The notes below the pieces were generated by a model. The model was not told where the DNA came from. It saw only the letters and a program-made list of their open reading frames with translations, and ran no database searches. A DNA stretch of 64,000 nucleotides, from contig NC_082730.1 of assembly GCF_030144855.1 (NCBI RefSeq), positions 15,376,001 through 15,440,000 on the forward strand. The letters are read 5' to 3'. A program made the position numbers and the translations under genes. Shown here in pieces: positions 1-12,783 of the stretch. Numbering within the stretch: position 1 is the stretch's first letter; the number at the start of each line of letters is the position of its first letter. The DNA comes from Hypanus sabinus. Lineage: Eukaryota.

Positions 1-400
1 TCTTTTTACCAGCCACCAACAGTATATTCATTAAATATTTATCTCTTTTCAACCATTCTTGAGGTATATATCCAAAATATATGGTCTTACTCTCTAAAGG
101 TATTTCACATTTAAAGATGTCTTGTAAGGCATTATGTATCCCCTTCCAATAGTTTTTGATAACTGGGCAGTCCCAAACTATATGATAATGATTTGCATTT
201 TGATTTCCACAATTTCTCCAGCAAACAGGGAGGTTACCATCATAATGGGGTTTCTGAGAGGGTATAATAAAATATCTTATCAAGTTTTTCCATCCAAACT
301 CCCTCCATTTCTGTGAACTGGTACACTTCCATTGATAGGTCCATATCATTGTCCATTCTTCCTCAGATATAATTATCCTTCCTTCCTTCTCCCATTTTGA
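1..400 (-). mobile_element. L1 LINE ORF2 C-terminal fragment (degenerate)
   Basis: Reverse strand reads as a broken L1-type C-terminus (HIFW motif region); abuts further L1 pieces in the opposite orientation. Confidence 0.55.
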
Positions 401-429
401 TTTAATGTGTCAAGTTCAATGTGTTTTAA

Positions 430-1625
430 GATTTGACAAACCCTTATACGTGCTTGAAAAATTAAGGAAGATGTGGGAAAATGGAACCTGATTCCTTTTT
501 TCAGTCTCAGTTCAAGGATTGAGTCTATTAAAATTAATATACTGCCCAGACTCTTTCAGACCCAACCAATAGCGATAATCAAAATCAATTCAATGAATGG
601 AACAAGATGTTATCAAGGTATATTTGGCAGGGTGAAAGGCCTAGAGTTCATCTCAAAACTTCACAATTAGCAAAGGGAAAGGGGGGATGGGGCCTACCTT
701 CTCTTAGAGATTATTATTTTGCAGCACAGTTGAGAGCTGTGATATGTTGGTGCAACCCATCATGTGATGCTCAATGGGAACACATTGAGGAGCGGGTACT
801 TCCCATCCCCATACAAGCAATTTTGGCTGATATCAACCTGCAAAGCTACATAAATACTATTGATAACCCATGGGTGAAATTGACTTAAAATATGGAAAAC
901 AACTATAAAAGAATATAATCTAGAGGGAGATATTGCAATTCTTAAATGGTGTGCATATGACTCAGATTTTACACCAAATAAATTGGAAGCTAGATTTAAG
1001 GACTGGACAGCTAAAGGAATAAGAGTTCTTTGCAACATAATGAAAGAAAGAACACTGTTCAGTTTTGAAATGCTTAAAGAGAAGCACTTATTAGAAAAAC
1101 AAGATTTTTTATCGGTATTTACAGATGCGACAATATGTTAATAAGACGGTTAAAAATGTAACTAAGGCAAGTACATGCTTGATAGAGCTATTTAGAAAAG
1201 CATATAGTTCAGATAACGGAGGTTAGACATTTCTTACAAAAATATTTAAGTAATTTTCCTTACATATTGGATGACAACTTGTTAGATACTATTCCGAGTT
1301 TGATGAAGGGTTCCAGTGGAAGAATTTATAGGGACAGAACATAAATTGGCTTCTAATGCGGATGACATTTTGATCTATCTAGGGCAACCAACATACTCCT
1401 TACCTAAATTAATGCAATCCTTTGAACAATATGGTCAATTATCAGGATACAAGATCAACATAGATAAAACCCAATTACTTTCATATCACTATAGCCTACC
1501 AAGAGAAACTGAAAGTTGATACCCCTGGGCATGGCACACAGAGTCTTTCAAATATTTGGGCATCATTATGCCAAAAGATTTGGCAAAATTATCAGAATGT
1601 AATTATCAGCCTTTATATAATTTAC
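430..1625 (+). mobile_element. L1 LINE ORF2 fragments, rearranged
   Basis: ORF track: ESIKINILPRLF..., YIWQGERPRV...KGKGGWGLPSLRDYYFAAQL (L1 post-RT region), then NADDILIYL...LSGYKIN (RT YADD box) placed out of order. Confidence 0.85.
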
Positions 1626-1679
1626 TATTACAATGGGTTAAGCATCCTTTATTTAAGATTAAACAAGATGGGAAAAGGA

Positions 1680-2505
1680 ACTTAATTTGACTTTTATGAC
1701 GGATTCTGACTTTTCTTCGATCTCTTCTAGTCATTCACTGATTCAAGGTAAAATTATACATTGTTGCTATTTGACAAAGGAGAGATTGTCTGAAATGTTT
1801 CCTAATGTTGATAGTTATTGTGATAGATGTAAAATTGAGACAGCTACATTGACACATATGTTTTGTTCTTGTTCTATACAGGAAAAGTTCTGGAAATCAG
1901 ATTTTTCCACAATTTCTAACGCATTAATTAATTAACAAACTAACAAATTAATTGTGCTTTTTGGAATAATACCTCAAAATATCCGTGGTATTTCTTTGTC
2001 TGACCAACATGTTATTGCGTTAGCTAGGAGGTCCAGTCTGTTGAAGTGGAAGGATACGTCAGCTCCCACACTGTCACAATCGTTCTCTAAAGTGATGCTA
2101 TGTCTTAGTTTGGAGAATATTAGTTGTCAAACCTTTGAACCTATGTTTGATTTTGAGAAAAGATGGGGTTCATTTGTTTGTTACTTTTATTTGAGTTAAT
2201 TGATCGATATCCTCCACAATCTACTTGTAAATTTTGGTACGATTTTTTTCTTGCTGGCAGTTTGCTGTTTATCCTTAGAAGCTTTTTGTATGATACATGG
2301 CTCTGGGGTTGAACACTTAATGTTTTTTTTTCTCACTTTTCTTTGCTTTAGTAGGGTTTTTTTTTCCTTTTTTTTCTGTCACCAAATTTTTCAATCTTTG
2401 AAACAACATTTTTTTTCCTTGAGACATTGTAAGTGTTACCTACTTCGATGTACTCTTGTTAATTTTGGATAATAATAATAAAAAGATTTGAAAAAGGAAA
2501 AGAAT
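1680..2505 (+). mobile_element. L1 LINE 3' end with A-rich tail
   Basis: CDRCKIETATLTHMFCSC zinc-knuckle-like motif, FEKRWGSFVCYF* C-terminus, T-rich UTR and aataataataaaaag tail. Confidence 0.85.
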
Positions 2506-3574
2506 GTCGATTAGCCGCAGATACTTCCAGATGCAGTTGCCCCACTAATGTATCCAGTCCTGTTAAACCTGAGCTTGTCACTGCTCTTCAGGAAGGATTG
2601 CCTCAAAATGGAGCCTTACACTATCATTGGGCATCACAAAGCACCTCAGAGACACAGAGTGATAAACATTGCAAGATTCCATAGTTCAGTTTACAGGATT
2701 GAGTTCTGGTTTGAGCATATGTGATTGAACAACATTTTTACTCATTTTATTGAATTGTTGTAAGGTGTTGAAACTCTAATCCACCAGTGAAACACAGGAT
2801 GTGATTCATATCCACACATCTGTTCTCATCAGCACCAGGTTCTGTGGTTTGCTGAGCAGTTTTCTGATGTGATGGGGCAATCAAGGAAGAGGATGGAAGA
2901 AGCTGTCTTTCTGGAGTACCCACTGCTGTATCTCAACCTTGAGTTTCATAAGGAAAGTACAGAGGACAGAGGTTCCAGACAGACACCTTTACTGGAAATA
3001 ACCATCAAACAGCTAACAAGAGTGCCTGCCTGATACAACAATGTTTATACGATGTGATGCACAGATGGAGAATTGTCCAAATGGAGAGTTTCCATGCTTT
3101 CACACTCTGACTCCATGACTCTAGTTTGCATCAAGTGAAGAACATTGCCGAAGTTCATAATACAAATTTTATGTAACTGTGTAGAAGCATAATTAATGTT
3201 TACCTTGTGACCACTCATGCAGACTGTTGATTATACCATTTTTGATGGGAAGACTTGACACAAACAAGGACAGAGGGATCAGCAGGAGAAACCAGCCACG
3301 TGGGGGAGGTAACTGGAGCTATTTATTTGTTTTAGACATGATTGCTTAAAAGCTTAAATTGTTTTAAATGTGTATTCACTTATCCATCTAAATTTCAACA
3401 TTTAGTTAATTTAACATTATTAACATGATTGTTCAGTGTTACACAATGATATAGCCCTCTGTCTCAGTATTCAATTCTCCAAGAACTGCTACACCTGTGG
3501 GTTTAATTTAAATCCCCTGCACCGTTGAAAACATATGGGGGATGGGGGGGGGGGGTCGTGTGGGGAACTATTCC

Positions 3575-4060
3575 ACTTACATCCAAAATAACACTCAATA
3601 TACCCTCAACCGGAGTACTTGATAAAGTGGTCACTGACTGTATGCTCGAGGCCTTCAAATGCTGTAGCCCATCCACTTCAATGGTCAATGTACTATGCAT
3701 TCAGAGATGTTCTTCTGCACAGCACTGTTGTATCACATGATAATTTGAGATACTCTCTCCTTCCTGTCAACTTGAACCAGTCTGACCATTCTCCTCTGAC
3801 TTCTCTCGACAACAAGGCGTTTTCACCCACAGAGCTACCTCTCACAAGATGTTTTTTAAATTTGTTTGTTGCATCGTTCTCTGTAACTTTAGAAATTGTA
3901 GTGTGTGCTAATCCCAGGAGATCACCTGTTTCTGAGATACTCAAACTACCCTATCTGGCACCCAAAATAATTCTATAGTCAAACTCATTTAAATTACATT
4001 TCTTGCCAATTCTGATGTTTGTTCAGAACAACATCTGAAACTTTTGATCATGTCCCTTCT
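3575..4060 (-). mobile_element. Tc1/mariner-derived remnant
   Basis: MSISETGDLLGLAHTTISKV... matches a Tc1 transposase N-terminal HTH; same family at about 14930-15490, 31145-32052 and 45920-46140. Confidence 0.8.
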
Positions 4061-4600
4061 CTTCCTCAGGTAACTTTTTGCTGTGATCCCTTTCCTCGAT
4101 GACACATCATGGTTGACATTTGAACTCAGGCAAGAAAAAAAGCTTTTGGAAGAACTTAAGGAGTCACTCAGCATCTACAGATGTAGTGTGGTCAACATTT
4201 TCGATTAAGCCTCTGCTTCATGACACCTCCAGCAATTTATTTTTGCATCAGATTATAATGTCAGCTGTTGTTGGTGTCTCACAATTTGATTTTTCTCATC
4301 ATTTCTATAAGTCATTGGGAACTGTCTTTCATCTCTCCTATGAGATTCCTTCCGCTCCAGCCCTTTACCTTACCCACCCACTTACCTTCCAGCTAGCCTG
4401 CATTCCCTTACCTCATCTTTTTATTCTGCTGTCTTCCTCTTTCCTTTTCAGTCCTGATAAAGGATCTTTATTCGAAACGTCGACTCTATGTTCATTTACA
4501 TAGAAGCTGTCTGACCTGCTGAGTTCCTGCAGAATTTTCTGTGTGTTGCTTGTCATATGATCACATGTCATCCTGTTGCCTCACTGCTGTTTCTGATCAG

Positions 4601-4681
4601 ACTTCCTGCCCTCTTCTTCCTTATTTTTATTTGACAGTAACTTTTCTCTGTGAACTGCTGATCAGCCTCGTGAATAAATCA
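4601..4681 (+). promoter_or_regulatory. Promoter/5' region paralogous to that of the intact receptor
   Basis: ACTTCCTG (Ets) at 4601-4608, then ttccttatttttattt and gtgaataaa, all matching 12821-12905. Confidence 0.55.
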
Positions 4682-4718
4682 ATGTGGATTTCGAATCTTC
4701 TAATTAGTTTCCTACCTG
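4682..4718 (+). CDS. Orphan signal-peptide exon MWISNLLISFLP, paralog of the 12906 leader
   Basis: ATG, 37 nt, phase-1 donor CCTG|gtgagt identical to the 12945 donor; downstream intron start is homologous to 12946-13150; no Ig exon was seen before the next leader. Confidence 0.65.
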
Positions 4719-4959
4719 GTGAGTGATAACCAGCATGGGACATTTTCATAATCCATGTTTGCTTGGGGGTCTTACATCGTATCCAGAACAATGCTTGAAT
4801 ATGTGTAGACACTAAATACGTCAGAATCTGGAGTTCAGAGAAAGCTGAAGGAACTCAGCAGGCCATGCAGCGTCTGTCAGGTAATTGTCGACGGTTTGGT
4901 TTGAGACCTTGCATTGAGTGTGAGTGGAGAGGGAAGATGGTGTAAATAAGAGGGAGGAC

Positions 4960-6060
4960 ATTGTGAAACAGGATCAGTTACTTGGTCTGCACCCCAGAGT
5001 TCTGAATGAGGGAACTGAAAAAATTCTGGAGGCATTATTTTACAAGTATGGTTCCAGAGGAAAGGAAAATTATAAATGTCACTCATGTCTTTAAGAAGGG
5101 GGGGGGGAGACAAAAAGCAGCAAATTACAGGCCAATTAGCCTGATTGCAGTGGTTGTTAAGATGTTAGAGTCTATAATTAATGATGAGGTTTCAGAGTAC
5201 TTGAAGGCCTATGATAAAATAGGTCTAAGTCAGCATAATTTTCTTAAGGAGAAATCTACCTTACAGATCCATTGGAATTCTTTAAGGAATTAACAGGCTG
5301 GATGGAGAAAGGATACTTTGTCTGTCAGGGAAAGTTGTTTACTTGGATTTTCAGGAGGCCTTTGACAAACTGCTGCATTAGTCAAAGTCAAAGTAAATTT
5401 ATTATAAAATACATTCATGTCTCCATATAGTACCATGAGATTCATGATGTTTTTAGGGTGACAATGTACTGAACAGTGTTCAGGACATATCTGTGGTGGA
5501 CTAAGATCCACTACCTTTTGTAAGTTTGTGTGGGATTATAGAGAAGGTTATTGTCAGTTACAAGAGGACATAGAAAGGTTGAAGTGCTGGGGGATGAAAT
5601 AGTAGATGGAGTTTAACTGTGAAAAATATGAAGTGATACATTTTAGGTGATCAAACTTGAATGCAGATTACAAGTTTAATACAGAAATATTAACAATGTG
5701 GAGATCCAGAGTGATATTCAGTTCCAAGTCCGTAAATTCCCCAAAATTGATGTACAATTTGAAAGGATGTTTAAAAGGTGTAGGATGGGCTGAACTTCAG
5801 TAGATTAGGTGACTGAGTTCAAGAACCATGCGGTAATGTTACAGCTTGGTAAAGCACTGGTTCGATAATTATATTGCGGAGTACAGGTCATTGATTGAGT
5901 GGACAGCCAGCAACTCTTTCTCATGGTGACAATGTCCAATACCTGAGGACATCCATTTTAGGTGAGCAGAAGAAAGTTTCAGGGATATGCAAGAGGCAAG
6001 TTTTTTTTTACACAGTGTTGGGTCCCTGGACTACACTGCAGACATGGTGGTAGAGGCTGA
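4960..6060 (+). mobile_element. CR1 LINE fragments
   Basis: NVTHVFKKGGGRQKAANYRPISLIAVVVKMLESII...IGLSQH is a CR1 RT-entry motif; further decayed CR1 follows. Confidence 0.85.
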
Positions 6061-6599
6061 TACAACAGGGACATTTAGAGACTCTTTGACACATACCGTA
6101 CATTTACAGAGTGTAAAAAGTGTTTTCTGCTCCATTGGAAGTGTTCATGTTTTATTGTTTTACAACATTGAATAACAGTGAATTTAATTTGGCTTTTTGA
6201 CACTGATCAATAAACCATAAGATATAGAGGCAGAAGTAGGCCATTCGGCCCATTAATTCTGCTCCACCATTCAATCATGGACTGATCCAATATTTCCAGT
6301 CATTCCCCACTACCCTGCTTTCACCTCATACACTTTGCTGCCTTGTCTAATGAAGATCCTATCTGTCTCCGCCTTAAATACACCCAATGTTGTGGACTCC
6401 TCAGCCACTCAGGGCAACAAATTCCACAGATTTACAGCCCACTGACTAAAGTAATTTCTCTGCATCACAGTTCTAAAAGGACATCCATCAATACTAAAAT
6501 CAAAACTTCTTGTCCTAGAATCTCCTTCTTTGTGAAGTAGCTTAGCCATATCTAATCTGTTCAGGCCTTTTAACATGTTGAATGTTTTTATGAGATCCC

Positions 6600-8535
6600 C
6601 ATCCTATCCACATCATCCATTTAGAGCCTTCACTCTTCAAGACGATTCATTGAGAACCCTCACCGTCCCAACCGCATTCTTCTAAACTCCAGCAAATACA
6701 GACGCAGAGCCATCAAACACTCCTCATACATTAACCCTTTCATTCCTCAGATCATTCTCAGGAACCTCCACTGAACCCTCTTCAATTATAGCACATCCTT
6801 TCAAAGATAAGGGGCCCAGAACTGTTCACCATATTCCACGTGCCGTCTGACCAATACCTCATAAAGCTACAGTTCCTGTATGATTTCTCAACAACAGAAC
6901 AGAAATCGTTTTACAATCCCACCATTGTATTTACAGGTATTACAGAATTGGGATCAGGTTTAAACACAATGTTTAAATGGCCTTTTCACTTTTCTTCATG
7001 AAATTGTTATTGATGTTCATTAATCTTGTTGCTGAAACAGAAATGCTTTGTTGAGGCTGTTTTTTTTGCATCTCTGCACTTGTTCTCATGAGAATATTGA
7101 ACCATGGTTGCTAAGAAGTTTTCCAAGAAATGATGGTGCAATGCAGGAAGAGACCAAAGCAATAGGTCAATGTGTAGCATCTGTTGTTACTTCTCTATAT
7201 TCTGTTTGGTAAGTCAAATAAAGAAAACAGAAGTTCTGACCACATCCATCACTGAGGGTGAACATTACATAGATGACAGCAGTGACAGATGCAACAGAGT
7301 CAGCACTCATACTGTACAATGTACAGAATTTAAGAGGGATACATTCATGGCTAATATACTGCAATGTTTTCCCCTAAAATAAATGTAACAAACCCAAAAT
7401 TACAAAAGCTCTCCATCTATTCTGATTTTTTTTTTCATTTATCTCTTTATATACAATGTGAAATTAACTGTTTATAAACAATTGCAAAGTCAACAACAAA
7501 AAATCAGGAAAACATAAATCAACAAAATTCTTGGATCACCTCAACCCTCACACTACAATGAAATCAAAAGCAAAACATACAAAGTACTAGAGGAACTCAG
7601 CAGATCAGGCAGAATCTATGGAAATGAATAGATAGTTGACACTTTGGATTGAGGCCATTCTTTTCTTCTTCCTTGTCTTTTCCTGCCCCTGAGTCCCTTT
7701 TCCCTTCCACTTCTCCTTTGGTTCACTCTACCCTCCTCTCAGATTCCTTCTTTTACAGCCTGTACCACCATTCCCATTCACCTGGCTTCACTGATCACCT
7801 TCCAGAGAGCCTTCCTCCTCTCCCCCATCTTTTTATTCAGACAGCTTCCAACTTCCTTCTCAGACCTGAATAAGAGTCCAGGCCTGAAATGTTGACTATC
7901 TATTCATTTCCACAGATGCTGCCTGACCTGTTGAGTTCCTCCAGCATTTTCTGTGTGTTGGATTGGATTTCTAGTGTCTGCAGATATTCCAGGGTTTACA
8001 ATGAAGTTAAAGTTAAACAATTAACATTGCTCAGCTAAAATTCAAGATGACACTGATAAGTGGTGATTCTGTGCAGAGCTCCAATGGTAATCATCGAATA
8101 TTCACGTTTAGGACTGCTACATTTAATTTCACGACATACGGTACAACGGTGATATTAAAACTGATTTGGATTCTGATTCTGTATGACTTCTCCAACATGT
8201 GTGACATATGAGAATTGTTATCCCTTGTACTGATAATCTCCTCAGATTTCATCTGCCGCGGGGAATCATACAGCTGGAATCCAGATAGCTCCAGTAACAT
8301 GGAAAGATCTAACCTGGTGATCAGGGGTACTGTGTTACTGGAGACTGAGAGTCTGAGCAAAGGTATGTAGGGTTAGGGGAAAGGGAGACCATGGAGCTGA
8401 GCTAGGTAAGATAGAAATGTCTTCTCCTTGGGCACGTGTGACCTGCCCATTTAGTTAGCTCTATGATTCTATGAGAAATAGAAACTGCAGGGGATCATCT
8501 ACTTAACAAAATTTCCTGTCAAAATGCAGTTGATT
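6600..8535 (+). repeat. Segmental duplication block X (paralog at about 56230-57715)
   Basis: Colinear similarity across unique sequence and shared old repeat insertions, e.g. gaaacagaaatgctttg, ttctgtttggtaag, atgagaattgttatc, gattctatgagaaatagaaact. Confidence 0.85.
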
Positions 8536-8589
8536 TGGTATGAGAACAGATCTGACAAGGATTTTACTCCATTGTGACTGTGTAATTCC

Positions 8590-8681
8590 TTTCACTTGGT
8601 TTCCCCTCACATCAAAGTGAAATTCCATCAGGGCTCTTGAAATTGCACCAACGGATGGAACAGAATTCAGAAGAGGTAAGC
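8590..8681 (+). promoter_or_regulatory. IRF/NF-kB-like motif cluster followed by a strong splice donor
   Basis: TTTCACTT (8590-8597) and AAAGTGAAA (8614-8622) are inverted IRF-type sites; GTGAAATTCC and GGTTTCCCC are kB-like; donor GAG|gtaagc at 8675/8676. Confidence 0.35.
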
Positions 8682-8954
8682 TTTAAAGTTCACTTCAAAG
8701 GGCAGACACTGCTTTCAGAGAGGAGTGGGAATGATGTGAAGTACTGTATGATGAGTTTGCATAAAAGCCCCTTCAACATCACACTTATTTCCTACTTTGC
8801 TCCCTCCTCACCATCAAGTTCCCCAAAACATATTTGATTGAAATATCAGAATCAGAATGAAAGTCAGGTTTATTATCACCGGCGTGTCGTAAATTTGTTA
8901 ACTTAGCAGTTGCAGTTCAATTGAACACATAATAAAGAGGAAGAAGAAGAAAGT

Positions 8955-9125
8955 CCTTAACTCATTGATGACGTTTTTTTAGCAGACTTTCTTATCTTTA
9001 CGAGGTTGAGTTACTAGCTCGACGCTCGACCCATCATGGATGGGAAGCGTGCAAGGGAGTCAGCAGGATTCGAACTCAGGAGCCTTTGCTCCGAAGTCCA
9101 GCACTGATGCCACTACGCCACCCAC
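8955..9125 (-). mobile_element. tRNA-derived SINE, inserted in a reversed LINE 3' tail (about 8845-9230)
   Basis: Reverse strand tggcgtagtgg...gagttcgaatcc shows A and B boxes but no cloverleaf or CCA context. Confidence 0.65.
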
Positions 9126-9229
9126 CAGCGCAAAATAGAGAAATGAGGTAGTGTTCACGGGTTCAATATCCATTTATGAATCAGATGGCAGAGGGGAAGT
9201 TGCTGTTACTAAATCGCTGACTGAGTTTC

Positions 9230-10830
9230 CGGTCGGGTACTGAAAGCACGTGCCGATCAGCTTGCTCGGGTGTTTACAAGTATATTTAACCTCTCACTGC
9301 AACAAGCTGCTGTTCCAACATGCCTTAAAACCTCCACCATCATCCCAGTGCCCACAAAATCAGCTGTGAAGTGCCTGAAAGACTATTGCCCTTTAGCGCT
9401 GACACCCATAGACATGAAGTGCTTTGAGAGACTTGTGCTCTCACACATTAAGGCTACAATCCCACCTGATCTGGACAAACACCAGTTTGCCTACCGGGCA
9501 AACCGCTCCACAGAAGATGCAGTTACAACAGCCCTCCATATTGCTCTGACTCATTTAGAGGAACCGAACACTTATGTGACGATGTTATTTGTGGACTTTA
9601 GTTCTGCATTTAACACAGTCATCCCCCATAAACTGGTCAGCAAACTGAACACTCTTGGCTTTGGTTCCTCCCTGTGCTCATGGGTCATGGACTTTCTCAC
9701 AGACTGACCACAGCAAGTCAGAGTTGGTCAGCACACCTCCACCATCCTCATCTTAAAAACAGGCACCCAGCAGGGCTGTGTGCTGAGCCCTATGGTCTAC
9801 ACACTCTTCACACATGACTGCACCCCCATCTACACCTCCAACTCCATAAATAAATTTTTGAACAATACCGCAATGGTTGGTCTGATATCGGACGAGGATG
9901 AAACAGCCTACAGGCTCGAAGTGGATCATCTGATGGAGTGGTGTAAGGACAGCGACCTGGTCCTTAACACTTCTAAAACAAAAGAGATGATCATTGACTT
10001 CAGGAGATTAAAGGGCAGAGTATACACCCCTCCCCATACACATGGAGAGGTAGTGGAAAGTGTGGAAAACTTAAAGTTCCTTGGAGTTATGTTGTCAAAA
10101 CAGCTGACATGGACCACCAACACCTTGCTGCTTGTAAAAAAGGCACAACAGAGACTCCTCTTCCTCAGAAAGCTGAAACAGGCCAACTCCCACAAAAACT
10201 GTTGATTAACTTCTACAGAAGCACAATTGAAACCATCCTGACCAACAGCGCCACCGTGTGGTGGGCCAGCTGCACAGCCGCTGAGCGACAAGACCTGCAT
10301 CACATGGTGAAGGCGGCCCAGCGAATTGTCAGGATGGATCTCCCAGGACTGGACACCGTCTATTCCAGCAGACTCAGGAGGAAAGCAATCAGCATAACCA
10401 GAGACACCACACACCCCGGCCACTCCCCGTCTGACCCACTGCCGTCAGGCAAAAGGTTCAGGACACTAAAAGCCAGAACAAATAGACTGAGGAACAGCTT
10501 CTATCCCAGAGCTGTGGCCTCCATCACACCACTCCCACAGAACAATGACTGAAACTGTGAGCACACACAAGGACTCAAATTCTTGCACTAACGGCACTGT
10601 GCATTACTGTGATATTCTGGTGCTGCTGCAACTTATTTTCTATTATCTATCTATCCATCTATCTATCTATCTTATCTATTTAATACTGTTTTTCTAGTAC
10701 TGTCTTGTTTATATCTACTGCTTTATTTAATTGCCCGAGAGGAAGACAAACAAAGCGTCATTCTATATATGTATAATGATAGTAAAAATCATTCATTCAT
10801 CATACATACATCATTCATTCATTCATTTGA
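9230..10830 (+). mobile_element. Rex1/Babar-type non-LTR retrotransposon, 5'-truncated, RT with stops/frameshifts
   Basis: ORFs 9270-9707, 9780-10205, 10109-10552: [52 protein letters not shown]; (tcat)n tail. Confidence 0.9.
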
Positions 10831-11173
10831 TTGTGTGCGCTCAGGCTTCTATATCTTCTAACTGATGGTAACAATCAGACAAAGATATGCCTTGAGTGCT
10901 GGGGGTACCAAGGCATGATCCAGTATGATGTACAAATTTTGGAGTATATGTCCATAATTCTCTGAAATCTGGAACAGAAGGCGATGGTAAAGTAGCTGAT
11001 AAAGAAAGCGGATGGCAATGGACCCGCATTGTGCATATGAGAATTCATGTTGCTAATTTTAAAAATAAGGTTAATACATATATTAGGTTGGAGTGTAGTT
11101 GTGTTTGCAGCATAGCATGAAGGATGGGGAAACATTGGAGGGATTGCAGAAGAGGGTCACTAGATTTTGCCTG

Positions 11174-12013
11174 TGTTACGTACTCGTGACACATGACAGT
11201 GGAGCCCTTGTCATGTGACTGGGGTTGAAGCTATACTGGACTTGAGGTTATGGTCTTGTGATGGTGGAATGACGTCATTTTCCCGCCAGTAGAGATCATG
11301 TGACGGGTTTTTTTTACAGGTTATAAAAGGTAGACCCCACCCTGTGAGGAGGGGCAGTTCGTGGCTGGATTTGCCAGGTTGACTTTATGCCACTGCGTGT
11401 TTGAAGTGATGACGCAGTTTAGCTGAAGGATGAAGTTTTTATTTAATGCCTAAAGTTTAAAAGGTTAATGCCAACAGGTTCTTTATGATTCTGTTAGTTT
11501 GAGACAGTGGAGAGTGAAGATTCAAGGTTGGAAGTTAAAGATCGAGGAGAATCGCTTTCTACGGTGAAACGGGGGCGACCTTTGTTTGATCCTTATTTGG
11601 AAGGATTTCGTTGACTATCTTCGTGCTAATCCCTAGGTTTACCTAGAAAGGATTGAAGGTAGTGGAGAAGGAAAGGTCAGTGCCTTTAAGCCGTTCTGTT
11701 TCGTAAATTCTTCGTGGGAATTTCGACGTCGGGGATCGAAGCAAGCGACGTGAAAGAGAACCTAAATCGTCCTATAAAGTCTCTCCTTTTAAATGGACTG
11801 TGAGCATATTGAACTTTTGGCAATACCACTTTAAAGAACTGTTTTGGAATATCACTTTACGAACTGTTTGAACAGCCGCTCAGCAGCTGTTTCCGGTTAC
11901 GTTAGTGTTTGTTTACTTTTGGGGGGTTTGTTTTCTGTGTTTAATAAACTTGTTGTTTGTTATAAGAAACCCTTGCCGATCTCATATATTTATTGTTGCC
12001 TGAATACGTAACA
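11174..12013 (+). mobile_element. Solo LTR, 840 bp (Gypsy-type)
   Basis: Inverted termini TGTTACGTA...TACGTAACA, 4-bp TSD CCTG (11170-11173 / 12014-12017), internal TATAAAA and AATAAA. Confidence 0.9.
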
Positions 12014-12783
12014 CCTGTGATATCAGACCATAAGACCAAAAGACATAGGAGAAGAATTAGGCCATTCTTCCCATTGAGTCCATTCCACCATTCCACCTGA
12101 TTTATTTTCTCTCTCAACCTTATTCTCCTGCTGCTCCTGTTAACCTTGAATGCCTTTAGTATTCAAGAACTTAACAATCTCCACTTTAAACATATCCAGT
12201 GAATTGGCCTCCACAACCATCTGTGGCAGTGAATTTGACAGATTCACCACCCAGCAGCTAAAGCAATTTTCCCTCATCTCTGTTCTAAAGGATTGTGCAT
12301 GTAATCAGAGGCACTGCCCTATGATCCTAGAACTCCCCATCACAGGGAACATCCTCTCCACAATTATTCTCTCTTGTTTTTTCAATATTCAATAGGTTTG
12401 AATACAATTCCCCCTCATTCTTCTAATCTCCAGTGAGTCCAGGCCCAGAGCCATCAAGCTTACTCTTCACACACATAACCCTCAACATGGGCTCTTTCTC
12501 TTTCCATCATTAACTTTTCACCATGAACACTTTCCCTAATGACACCCCACAGCAAACATCATAAATCAAGCAAAAAATAAATTGAACTTCAGGAGCCAAG
12601 TGGTCAACATTTCAGATGTGCTTCAGGACACATCTAGTTGTTTATTCTGACTTCAAATTAGAACTTTTACTGTTGCTTGTGCATAATATTTTAACATGTC
12701 TCAGCATCTCAATCAGTCTTTGAGAATTGTTTAAATGTTCCTGTCCTGCTAAATATAACAAAAAGCTTTTCAGATTGTCACGT

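Noticed and set aside
7170-7214. MCSICCYFSIFCL|gtaagt as a third leader exon
   Set aside because: Phase 0, so incompatible with the Ig exons; ATG absent in the paralogous block; a leader-like MWHLLLLLYILF reading needs an assumed 2-nt indel.
9060-9125. tRNA gene on the minus strand
   Set aside because: Only A/B boxes of a SINE head, continuing into SINE body; no full cloverleaf.
9926-10423. 165-aa minus-strand ORF
   Set aside because: Antisense shadow of the LINE reverse transcriptase.
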